From Methylacidimicrobium fagopyrum (GTDB lineage: Bacteria > Verrucomicrobiota > Verrucomicrobiia > Limisphaerales > UBA11358): 64,000 nucleotides of DNA. A model generated the notes under the pieces. It saw only the letters and a list, made by a program, of their open reading frames with translations, was not told the DNA's origin and searched no databases. Positions 42,565-50,843 of this stretch are shown here, one piece after another. Location of the stretch: assembly GCA_026225255.1 (NCBI GenBank), contig JAMFSJ010000059.1:38311-102310 (forward strand), read 5' to 3'. Each line of letters opens with the position of its first letter. The stretch's first letter is position 1. A program made the translations under genes and the position numbers.

Positions 42565-44092
42565 TTTTTTGTCCTTCCGGCAAAGTGAAATAAAAGGTCG
42601 TGCCGTTTCCCGCTGCCGATGCCAACCAAATTTTCCCGCCGTGCCGCTCGACAATTTTTTTGCAAATCGCCAGCCCGATGCCCGTGCCCGGATATTCATC
42701 CCGCGTATGCAGGCGTTGAAAAATACCGAAAATACGTTCGAAGTATTTGGGTTCGATCCCGATGCCGTTATCGCGCACTGAGATCGTCCAAAAACCATCC
42801 CCCTCCCGCGCCGCGCCGAGGTGAATCTCCGGCGTCCGTTCCCCGCAAAATTTAATGGCGTTACCGATGAGATTTTGGAACAGCAACGCCAGTTGCGAAC
42901 CGTCCACCGGCAACGTCGGCAGCGCGTCATGGAGAATCAGCGCCCGGCGTTCGCGGATCGTGACGGACAAGTTTTCCAGCGCCCGTTCCAACGGTTTGGC
43001 AATCTCCATCATTTCAAACTGATGCGGCTGCGAACCGATGCGCGACAACGCCAGCAAATCGTCAATGATGTCCGCCATCCGCTTCGCGCCGTCCACGATG
43101 TGGCCGATCATCTCGTCCTCGTGCGGCGTCAATTTATCGCTACAATTTCGTTTGAGAATTTGTGAAAAACCGGACACCGCCCGCAGCGGCTCCCGCATGT
43201 CGTGCGACGCGACGTAGGCGAATTGTTCCAGTTCCAAATTGGAGCGTTTCAATTCCGCCGTGCGCTCGGCCACGCGCTGTTCCAACTCGACATTCATCTG
43301 CTGGATTTTTGCCTCCGCAGCTTTGCGCTTGGTGATGTCGGCGCGAATGGCGATGTAATGCAACGGCTTGCCGTCCGCATCCAGAAAAGGAACGATCGTC
43401 GTGTCCACCCAATAAAACGAACCGTCCTTCGCCCGATTTTTGATCTCGCCCTTCCACGTCCACCCCTGCCCGATGGTCGTCCACAATTCGCGGATAAACG
43501 CTTGGGGATGATGCCCCGAATTGATGAGCCGATGATCTTGCCCCAACAATTCCTCGCGCGCATATTTTGAGATCGCGCAGAACTTGTCGTTGACGTAAGT
43601 AATTTTCCCCTTCGCGTCCGTGATCGCCACAATCGCGTGTTCATCCAGCGCGGATTTCAAATCGCCCACTTCTTTGAGCGAGTCTCTTAACTGCTCCTCA
43701 ACCGCCTTGCGCTGGGTGATATCCGCGCGGATGGCGATGTATTGACGCGGCTGGCCGTCGGCGTTCAGGAACGGCACGATCGTTGTATCCACCCAATAAA
43801 ATGTGCCATCCTTCGCCCGATTTTTGATCTCGCCCTTCCACACCCGGCCATGCGCCACCGTCGTCCAGAGTTCACGGATAAATTTTTTTGAATGATGCCC
43901 GGAATTGATGAGCCGATGATCTTGCCCCAATAATTCCTCGCGATCATATTTTGAGATCGCGCAGAACTTGTCGTTGACGCAAGTAATTTTCCCCTGCGCG
44001 TCCGTGATGGCGACAATGGCGTGTTCGTCCAATGCCGCCTTCAAGTCGTCGATCTCTTTAAGTGAAGCCTTTAATTGTTGATCCGCCAACAT
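42542..44092 (-). CDS. PAS-PAS sensor histidine kinase (cytoplasmic)
   Basis: 516 aa. Two tandem 128-aa PAS units are about 85% identical. H-box YVASHDMREPLR, N-box FQNLIGNAIKF, G-boxes DNGIGI and GTGIGLAI. Confidence 0.9.
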   Translation of the reverse strand: MLADQQLKASLKEIDDLKAALDEHAIVAITDAQGKITCVNDKFCAISKYDREELLGQDHRLINSGHHSKKFIRELWTTVAHGRVWKGEIKNRAKDGTFYWVDTTIVPFLNADGQPRQYIAIRADITQRKAVEEQLRDSLKEVGDLKSALDEHAIVAITDAKGKITYVNDKFCAISKYAREELLGQDHRLINSGHHPQAFIRELWTTIGQGWTWKGEIKNRAKDGSFYWVDTTIVPFLDADGKPLHYIAIRADITKRKAAEAKIQQMNVELEQRVAERTAELKRSNLELEQFAYVASHDMREPLRAVSGFSQILKRNCSDKLTPHEDEMIGHIVDGAKRMADIIDDLLALSRIGSQPHQFEMMEIAKPLERALENLSVTIRERRALILHDALPTLPVDGSQLALLFQNLIGNAIKFCGERTPEIHLGAAREGDGFWTISVRDNGIGIEPKYFERIFGIFQRLHTRDEYPGTGIGLAICKKIVERHGGKIWLASAAGNGTTFYFTLPEGQKNGKPATS

Positions 44093-44339
44093 AAGCTTAA
44101 AAGCAATAATGATTACAACTCGCTTATTGTCAACATGCTACAGCCCTTTTGGCCAAACATGAATATGTTAGCCCCCACTAAGCAACGCTACCGGCGATGG
44201 CTCGCGATTTGTCTGGCCCAACGCCCGCATTTCACCCGCTAAAAATAGTTTGAACAAAATTAAATGAGCGCGGTCTGATTAAGTGTAGATGGATATGGTT
44301 AGTGTTTAGGTTTGGTTTCATGTTTAGGGTTAGGGGTTG

Positions 44340-44385
44340 AGAGTCTGGCTATTTTATTGGGTTTAATAGCCAGACTCTTTTTTTA
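44340..44385 (+). terminator. Orphan intrinsic terminator
   Basis: Perfect 14-bp stem agagtctggctatt (44340-44353) / aatagccagactct (44365-44378), then ttttttt. There is no annotated + strand gene upstream. Confidence 0.75.
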
Positions 44386-44544
44386 TGCCAAAATGGTGTA
44401 TAGTGACGCGCGCAGCCAAACGTGAACTTTACATTTTCCGAGCCAACCAATTAACTCTGCGCCATTTATTTTATTTTTATGCTGAAATTTATCGGGCAAC
44501 CTCCGCGTCTAGGATTAATGACGGTTCCATTTTTCAATACGAAT

Positions 44545-45864
44545 ATGAAAAATCTTATAAAACTCTCGGTTTTAGCGTGTATTTTGGTCAGCGGCACGGG
44601 GTCGTTATCGGCTCAAGATGAGGTGCCGGTGCCACCACCCACGCCGGATTATCAACCACTCACCGACCCACAGTTGGATCAATTGCTCGGCCCCATCGCG
44701 CTGTATCCCGATCCGTTGACGGCGCAGATTTTGCCCGCCGCCACCCAGCCCACCCAGATTGTTTTGGCGGATCGCTATATTTTGAGTGGCGGTGATACCA
44801 ACCAGATTGATCAACAACCGTGGGATGCGAGCGTGCGCGGTTTGGCGCATTACCCGACCGTGCTCAAGTGGATGGATGATAATTTGAATTGGACGACGGA
44901 ATTGGGTCAGGCTTTTCTCAACCAACAGCAGGACGTGATGAGTTCGATCCAACGGTTGCGGGCCACGGCGCAAAGTCTCGGCAACTTGCCCTCCACGCCG
45001 CAACAACAGGTGGTGGTGAACCCGACTTATATCGAAATCATTCCCACCGATCCGCAAATCATTTATGTGCCGGTTTACGATCCGACGGTGATTTATTATC
45101 AACAACCGTTCGGCTCACCGTTCATCACGTTTGGTTTCGGCTTCGGAGTGGGACTTTGGTTGAACCACGATTGCGATTGGGGCCATCGCAATATTGTGGT
45201 GTGGAGCCGCAGCCATCCCCGTCCGCCCAATTTTTGGCATGAACCGCCGCATCAACGTTCAACGGTATTCATCAATAATAACAACAATAATTACACGCAT
45301 GTTTGGCACCCGACGAGCCGTCCGGATTTGGTCGGCGGAAATCGCGGTGATCGGGGTTGGAATAACAATCCCGCCGCGCGCCGCCCCGCGCCCATGACGC
45401 CGCATCCCAATCCGCCAGCCAATAATCAAATTCACGGCGGCAATTTCAACAATCAAGGCGGCTCACCGAATAACAATCATGGCAATAATGTTCATCCGGT
45501 GAATCCGCCCGGTAATAACAATCCGCCCGCGCACAACAGCGTCGGCCCGGCGATCCACGATAATACGCCCAGCCACGCTGCGCCCGCGGCGCCAGCTCAA
45601 CATTTTTCGCCGGCACCGACAGTGCGTCCGCCCGTCAGTCCGTCAGCGAATAGCGGCGCATTCATCGGCATCCAAAGCTCACAGAACACACGGGATTTTA
45701 GTAATCGCGGCCAGCAAAGCATGCAAACCACCCGCCCGGCACCACCCGTGCAACATTCCTCACCGCCGCCCGCCGCCGCGCCGCCCAGATCAGCTCCGCC
45801 CGCAAATAATAATAGCAATAACGGCGGCGGTAACGGTGGTGGACACAGTTCCGGAAAACATTAA
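44545..45864 (+). CDS. Secreted DUF3300-family protein with long Pro/Asn/Gly-rich tail
   Basis: The start was set at MKNLIKLSVLACILVSGTGSLSAQ (signal peptide). LTDPQLDQLLGPIALYPDPLTAQILPAAT is the DUF3300 signature as I remember it. Confidence 0.75.
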   Translation: MKNLIKLSVLACILVSGTGSLSAQDEVPVPPPTPDYQPLTDPQLDQLLGPIALYPDPLTAQILPAATQPTQIVLADRYILSGGDTNQIDQQPWDASVRGLAHYPTVLKWMDDNLNWTTELGQAFLNQQQDVMSSIQRLRATAQSLGNLPSTPQQQVVVNPTYIEIIPTDPQIIYVPVYDPTVIYYQQPFGSPFITFGFGFGVGLWLNHDCDWGHRNIVVWSRSHPRPPNFWHEPPHQRSTVFINNNNNNYTHVWHPTSRPDLVGGNRGDRGWNNNPAARRPAPMTPHPNPPANNQIHGGNFNNQGGSPNNNHGNNVHPVNPPGNNNPPAHNSVGPAIHDNTPSHAAPAAPAQHFSPAPTVRPPVSPSANSGAFIGIQSSQNTRDFSNRGQQSMQTTRPAPPVQHSSPPPAAAPPRSAPPANNNSNNGGGNGGGHSSGKH

Positions 45865-45881
45865 GACCTAACCTAATTTCC

Positions 45882-46847
45882 GTGAAAAAACTATCGCTTA
45901 TGAAACTTAACTTATTTTCGCAACGAACCTGGTTCGTCGCCCTCGTTCTGGGTTTGCTCGCCCTCGCCGCTCCGGCGCGCACGTTGGCGGCCGACCAACA
46001 AAAATTTAATTCCACGGAGGACGCGATCAGCGCGCTCACCACCGCCGCTAAAACCCACGATACCAATTCCTTTCACGCCATCTTCGGCGTGACGTCCCAT
46101 GAATTGGCTTCGCCCGATGCCGTCCAAGCCAGTGCTGATTACAAAATTTTCGCGCAACGGCTGGCGGAAAACATCCAGTTAGTCACCAATGCGGATGATA
46201 ATGTGACCTTGCAATTAGGCGCCGATGGCTGGCCGTTTCCGATTCCGCTCGTGCGGCAAAACGGACAATGGTTTTTTGACACCGCGGCAGGCAAAGAAGA
46301 AATTCTCAATCGTCGTATCGGCATGGACGAACTAGGCGCGATTGCCGTGGTCAATGCTTACGTGCAAGCGCAACGCGAATATGCGAGTCAAGATCGCCTG
46401 GGCGATGAGGTGCTGGCTTACGCGCAATTTTTAAAGAGCACGCCCGGCAAGCACGACGGACTTTTTTGGCCGACAAATAATCAACCCGGCGAACTTTTGA
46501 GTCCGCTCGGCCCGCTCGTCGCGCAGGCGGATGCGGAAGGTTACGTGCATTCAGCCAAGATGTTGAACACGGAATCCGCGCCGTATCACGGTTATTATTT
46601 TGAGATCATGACGCGTCAGGGAAAACATGCACCGGGCGGCAAATATAATTACATCATCAACGGCCGCATGATCGCCGGTTTCGCGCTCGTCGCGTGGCCC
46701 GCGCAATGGGGTAACACCGGCGTGATGACCTTCATCGTGAACCAGCAAGGTAAGATTTATCAAAAAAATCTCGGCCCCAAAACCGTGAAGATCGCCAACG
46801 ACATGGATACTTACGATCCGGATGCGAGTTGGACACAGGTGCAATGA
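45882..46847 (+). CDS. Secreted DUF2950-family protein
   Basis: 321 aa with a signal peptide. It is the usual downstream partner of DUF3300 genes. The family call is from memory of ...YHGYYF(K/E)IL..QG..APGG...Y..NG.M..GFA(L/V)VA(W/Y)PA. Confidence 0.65.
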   Translation: MKKLSLMKLNLFSQRTWFVALVLGLLALAAPARTLAADQQKFNSTEDAISALTTAAKTHDTNSFHAIFGVTSHELASPDAVQASADYKIFAQRLAENIQLVTNADDNVTLQLGADGWPFPIPLVRQNGQWFFDTAAGKEEILNRRIGMDELGAIAVVNAYVQAQREYASQDRLGDEVLAYAQFLKSTPGKHDGLFWPTNNQPGELLSPLGPLVAQADAEGYVHSAKMLNTESAPYHGYYFEIMTRQGKHAPGGKYNYIINGRMIAGFALVAWPAQWGNTGVMTFIVNQQGKIYQKNLGPKTVKIANDMDTYDPDASWTQVQ

Positions 46848-46883
46848 GGTAGGTGGATTGGCACGTTGTCCCAAACTATAGAA

Positions 46884-46952
46884 GGAGCGCCGAGCCTTGC
46901 TCGGTCGGGTGAAATCATCGCGATCGCCTTGCCGAGTCAGGCTCGGCGCTCC
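46884..46952. repeat. Palindromic element, ggagcgccgagcc family
   Basis: ggagcgccgagcc (46884-46896) / ggctcggcgctcc (46940-46952), with further pairing inside (ttgctcggtcggg ... ccttgccgagtca). Confidence 0.6.
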
Positions 46953-47096
46953 GCTCAAACTTAACCCGCCGCGTCCCCTCATTTATTATTCGAAGTTGGA
47001 TGTTTCCAAACTTCCGAAAAAGACCGACCCGGATTTCGCGGTGAAATTTTCTTCGTGTCCTTTCCCTACCTTTGCGGCTAACATTCGCGACATTTT

Positions 47097-48104
47097 ATGG
47101 CTGGATTTCTTGACGATATTGAACCGCTGAAACAAACTGCGCTGACGGAATTGAAAAACGCGCCCGATCTCGCCGCCTTGGAACAAACCAAAGGCGCGTG
47201 GGTCGGACCGAACGGCAAATTCACCGCGCTGATGAAACAGCTCGGCACGCTTTCCAAGGAAGAAAAGCCCGCCGCCGGAAAATTGATCAATGCCGCCAAG
47301 GTCGAACTCGAAACCGTGCTCGTCGCGCGCCGGGAAGAATTGGAACTCAAAGCTGCGTTGCCGAAGGAACCGACCGATTTCACCCTGCCCGGCCGCCGCC
47401 GCGCGCTCGGCAAATTGCATCCGCTTACGCAGGTCACCGATGACATCGTCCGCGCCTTCCGCAAAATTGGTTTCGCCGTCGCCGACGGACCGGAGATCGA
47501 GGACGAATATCATTGCTTCGACGCGCTCAACACGCCCGCCGACCATCCGGCGCGCGATGCGCAGGATACATTTTATCTCAACACGACGGATAAGCGTTTG
47601 CTCCGCACGCACACCTCGTCGGTGCAAATTCGCGTGATGAAATCGCAACCGCCACCGGTGCGCATCATCGTGCCGGGCCGCGTGTATCGCCGCGACAACG
47701 CCGACGCCACGCATAATCCGACATTCCACCAAATCGAAGGTCTTTACGTGGATAAAAACGTCACCGTAGGCGACCTGAAAGGCACCGTGGAATTCGTCTT
47801 CCGCGAACTCATGGGCAGCGACGTGAAGATCCGTTTCCGTCCGCATTATTTCAGCTACACCGAGCCGAGCTACGAGATTGATTTCACCAACGCGCTCGTG
47901 AAGAAGATGGGCAAGGACTGGCTGGAGATCGCCGGCTGCGGCATGGTGCATCCGCAAGTCTTCGAGAACGTCGGCTACGATCCCGAAACGTGGACCGGCT
48001 GGGCCTTCGGCTTCGGCATCGAACGCATCGCCATGCTCCGCTACGGCATCAATGACATCCGGCTGTTCTACGAGAACGATGCAAAGTTTTTGAAACAGTT
48101 TTAA
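47097..48104 (+). CDS. pheS: Phenylalanine--tRNA ligase alpha subunit
   Basis: 335 aa. Class II motifs are present: DHPARDAQDTFYL, RTHTSSVQIR, FRPHYFSYTEPSYEID, GWAFGFGIERIAML. Confidence 0.95.
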   Translation: MAGFLDDIEPLKQTALTELKNAPDLAALEQTKGAWVGPNGKFTALMKQLGTLSKEEKPAAGKLINAAKVELETVLVARREELELKAALPKEPTDFTLPGRRRALGKLHPLTQVTDDIVRAFRKIGFAVADGPEIEDEYHCFDALNTPADHPARDAQDTFYLNTTDKRLLRTHTSSVQIRVMKSQPPPVRIIVPGRVYRRDNADATHNPTFHQIEGLYVDKNVTVGDLKGTVEFVFRELMGSDVKIRFRPHYFSYTEPSYEIDFTNALVKKMGKDWLEIAGCGMVHPQVFENVGYDPETWTGWAFGFGIERIAMLRYGINDIRLFYENDAKFLKQF

Positions 48105-48118
48105 TTTATACAATCTAG

Positions 48119-48907
48119 ATGTCCACTGACGTCAATCTAAACGCAGAATTCGCGGTGGTTTTCAATAACTTCCTTTTGCAAACCAATAAAATTATAACGT
48201 TTAGAAATGATGTTTTATTTTTAATTGAAAATGGTAAAGACCAACTGCTTTCAAAAGCGAATCAAAAAATTCGAATCATAAAGGATTTCAGCAAAAGTGC
48301 AAAAACGCCAATAAAAGTCACACCAGAAGTTGAAAAAATGGTTGGCGAAAGCTTAGACGCCTTCCAATTTGTGAAAAATCCCGATATTTCAATTCGACAT
48401 TCAAAAAGAAGAATTGATGCAGCCACAATCGTTTTCATCCACTCCCTGCTTGATGCTACGATTTACTCCCTATGCAAAATAAGTCATTCATTAAATTCAA
48501 ATGATTGGACACCCTTTATAAAAGACCGAAAAATAGAAATTGAAACGGTTCTAGCGAATACCAAAGATAAGGTTATTCAAGCTGCCACTGAAAAATTTCT
48601 CATCAGTTTAGAGCGCGAGTCTATCGTTAAAAGATCCGATATTTTACATGCAATTTGTAAACCCACACCACAGACCAAGCATGCAAATAATTTCGTGTTT
48701 TCTAAAGCTTCCTTGGAAGCATTTGATAATTTATGGCACGATATTGTGCACGGACAACAATCCGGGAGAGAGATTTTCACCATTGATCAGGAATTAAATT
48801 TTGGACTTAAGGCCGGAGTTTACTTTTCATCAATGGTTAGACACAAATACGGGCTTGAAAAAGAAATTTCTGAACAACAATACGAACAATTAGTCTCTGA
48901 AAACTAA
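48119..48907 (+). CDS. Low-GC orphan protein, possible HEPN-type domain
   Basis: 262-aa ORF starting 14 nt after the pheS stop. Hand count of 48121-48240 gives 37 G+C in 120 nt (31%). It contains an Rx4H motif (KRSDILHAI, R172-H177) and a second degenerate one (NLWHDIVHG). I recognise no family. Confidence 0.6.
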   Translation: MSTDVNLNAEFAVVFNNFLLQTNKIITFRNDVLFLIENGKDQLLSKANQKIRIIKDFSKSAKTPIKVTPEVEKMVGESLDAFQFVKNPDISIRHSKRRIDAATIVFIHSLLDATIYSLCKISHSLNSNDWTPFIKDRKIEIETVLANTKDKVIQAATEKFLISLERESIVKRSDILHAICKPTPQTKHANNFVFSKASLEAFDNLWHDIVHGQQSGREIFTIDQELNFGLKAGVYFSSMVRHKYGLEKEISEQQYEQLVSEN

Positions 48908-48969
48908 TTTGAAAGCTGTGTTATTTTTGATTAGCAAGTGAACAATTTAACACACGGCTAGCTGATTGG

Positions 48970-49191
48970 TTAAATTTTATACGGCACCCAAATCCCCGCG
49001 TCCTCCTCCGAGAAATCTTTCGTATTCCGCGTCACCAAAATCCACCCCAGTTCCTTCGCCGTCGCCCAGATAATTGCGTCCGGTAGTTTCAGTTTGTGCT
49101 GACGCCGAATTTTTATTGCCCGTTCGGCCACGGCTTTTTCCACGGGTTGAACCTTGAAGCGGGAGAGAAATTCCCACGTGATCGCTTCTTC
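48970..49191 (-). pseudogene. VapC (PIN-domain toxin) C-terminal remnant
   Basis: Hand translation gives EEAITWEFLSRFKVQPVEKAVAERAIKIRRQHKLKLPDAIIWATAKELGWILVTRNTKDFSEEDAGIWVPYKI then stop. The LPDAIIxATA and LVTRNxKDF blocks are typical of the second half of PIN toxins. The frame has no ATG, lacks the N-terminal DxN half, and has no antitoxin gene. Confidence 0.5.
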
Positions 49192-49310
49192 TCGCCATCC
49201 TCTGCTCCAGCCAGAAGTTTTTCCAAGAATTTGATTCCGTGAACAGCGTCTTTAGTGTTTCCTTTCGAACGAGGTTTTAATCGAAGTAAACAGTTAACCC
49301 TAAATCATTT

Positions 49311-50072
49311 ATGAAAAATCTATCCGTCCGCTTTGAACTCTTTTTCAGCCTGACTATCGCCGCGCTTATCACGGTTGGTTGTCAAAGTTCTAATTCTAGC
49401 GGCGGCTCAGGGACGACGTCGCCGGCCGTTTCGGGAGCCACGGTGCAAACACACGCATCGCAGACGGCGATGACGCCGGCGCAGGCGCTCGCTGAATTGA
49501 AAGCGGGCAACGATCGCTTCGTCACCGACAAACCGTTGCATCGCGATTTTCCCACGCAAGTCAAAGCCACCGCCGCCGGGCAATATCCGTTCGCTGTGGT
49601 CTTGAGTTGTTTGGATTCGCGTCAACCCATCGAAATCGTTTTGGATCAGGGCGTCGGCGATATTTTCAGCGCGCGCGTCGCCGGCAATGTGTTGAATGAC
49701 GACATTCTTGGCAGTATGGAATTCGCCTGCAAAGCTTCCGGCTCGAAGCTGATCGCGGTCATCGGCCATTCCAATTGCGGCGCGGTCAAAGGCGCGATTG
49801 ATGACGTCCAACTCGGCAATCTCACCGGCTTGCTCACGAAAATTAAACCGGCGATTGATGCGGTGCCGGAAGATGATCAGGCGCGCAATTCGAAGAATTA
49901 CAAGTTCGTGGATGAAGTTTCTGAAGCAAACATAAAGTTGGTGCTGAAAGAAATCCGCGAGCGCAGTCCGATTCTCCGCGAGATGATCGATAAAGGCGAA
50001 ATCGGAATCGTCGGCGGCATGTATGATCTGAAGACTGGTAAGGTGCAGTTTTACGAAAACGATTCCAAATGA
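49311..50072 (+). CDS. Beta-class carbonic anhydrase, lipoprotein-type signal
   Basis: 253 aa. Lipobox-like ITVGCQSS. Zinc ligands SCLDSR and GHSNCGAV. Confidence 0.85.
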   Translation: MKNLSVRFELFFSLTIAALITVGCQSSNSSGGSGTTSPAVSGATVQTHASQTAMTPAQALAELKAGNDRFVTDKPLHRDFPTQVKATAAGQYPFAVVLSCLDSRQPIEIVLDQGVGDIFSARVAGNVLNDDILGSMEFACKASGSKLIAVIGHSNCGAVKGAIDDVQLGNLTGLLTKIKPAIDAVPEDDQARNSKNYKFVDEVSEANIKLVLKEIRERSPILREMIDKGEIGIVGGMYDLKTGKVQFYENDSK

Positions 50073-50121
50073 AAGCGGCGCTTAACCGGTTCAAACCGTC
50101 AGCTGATTTTCGTTTAATCGT

Positions 50122-50793
50122 GTGAAGGAGTTCTTCGCCACCCTGCCCCGCAACATCCTCGGCTGTTTCCGTGGCGGGATGATTCTCTGGCATTTGGTGC
50201 TCATCGCCCTCACCTTCTTGATCGTCAGTTCCGGTTTCGATTGGTTTTATTTCTGTTCCACCCGCAGTCCGTTGCTGTGGGCTTGGATGTTTCCCGCCGC
50301 ATCGATCGGCGGGCTCGTGCCGCTGATGTTGCCGCTCATCTTGATTGTGTCCGGCTACATCACAAGTCACGTCCGAATCTCCCGCACCGGCTGGGCCATC
50401 GGCCAGGCGGCGCTCATTGGCTCGCTGATTTCTTCCACTTACAAAGCGTTCACGGGTCGCGTTCATCCGTCCCTGCACGAGACCGGCGCGGACATCAGTC
50501 GCGATTTCCGGTTTGGCCTGCTGCACGGCGGAGTGTTCTGGGGCTGGCCGTCGTCACACACCACCATCGCCTTTGCCATGGCGGTCACGGTGTTCATCCT
50601 ATTCCGCAAACAGCGATGGCTTGGCTGGCTGGCATTGATTTACGCTTTTTACATCGGCCTCAGTGTTTCGATGACCATCCATTGGTTTTCAGATTTCGTG
50701 GCAGGCGCAATTTTGGGCACGGTCATCGGCGTGGTCGTGGGAAAAAGTTTTTCGGCTGGAGAATCAAAGCCCTTGCCGCCGGGAATTTCCTGA
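50122..50793 (+). CDS. PAP2-family membrane phosphatase
   Basis: 223 aa, polytopic. PAP2 motifs are present: KAFTGRVHP (KxxxxxxRP), WPSSHT (PSGH-like), HWFSDFVAG (HxxxD). Confidence 0.75.
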   Translation: MKEFFATLPRNILGCFRGGMILWHLVLIALTFLIVSSGFDWFYFCSTRSPLLWAWMFPAASIGGLVPLMLPLILIVSGYITSHVRISRTGWAIGQAALIGSLISSTYKAFTGRVHPSLHETGADISRDFRFGLLHGGVFWGWPSSHTTIAFAMAVTVFILFRKQRWLGWLALIYAFYIGLSVSMTIHWFSDFVAGAILGTVIGVVVGKSFSAGESKPLPPGIS

Positions 50794-50843
50794 TTCGATA
50801 TCGCGCGCCAGTTTTTGAGTAAAATCTCCTACAAACCTCCACG

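Noticed and set aside
42565-42930. N-terminal 122 codons of the 271-aa ORF 42115-42930
   Set aside because: This part overlaps the C-terminus of the histidine kinase in another frame and has Arg/Cys-rich nonsense composition. The receiver domain begins at MENQRQ (42564).
44296-44340. Telomere-like TTAGGG / G-quadruplex tract
   Set aside because: There are only two or three imperfect units on what looks like an ordinary bacterial chromosome. It is more likely a chance G/T-rich run upstream of a terminator. It is mentioned only as part of the sRNA candidate.
46986-48113. 375-aa ORF on the minus strand covering all of pheS
   Set aside because: It is antisense to a gene with unmistakable class II aaRS motifs. 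Its translation is Arg/Ala/Gly-rich with no recognisable motif, as is typical of a shadow ORF in GC-rich DNA.
48977-49198. 73-aa minus-strand ORF from the track
   Set aside because: It is in the wrong frame and has Arg/Gly-rich composition. The biologically meaningful signal here is the PIN-domain remnant in a different frame, ending at 48970.
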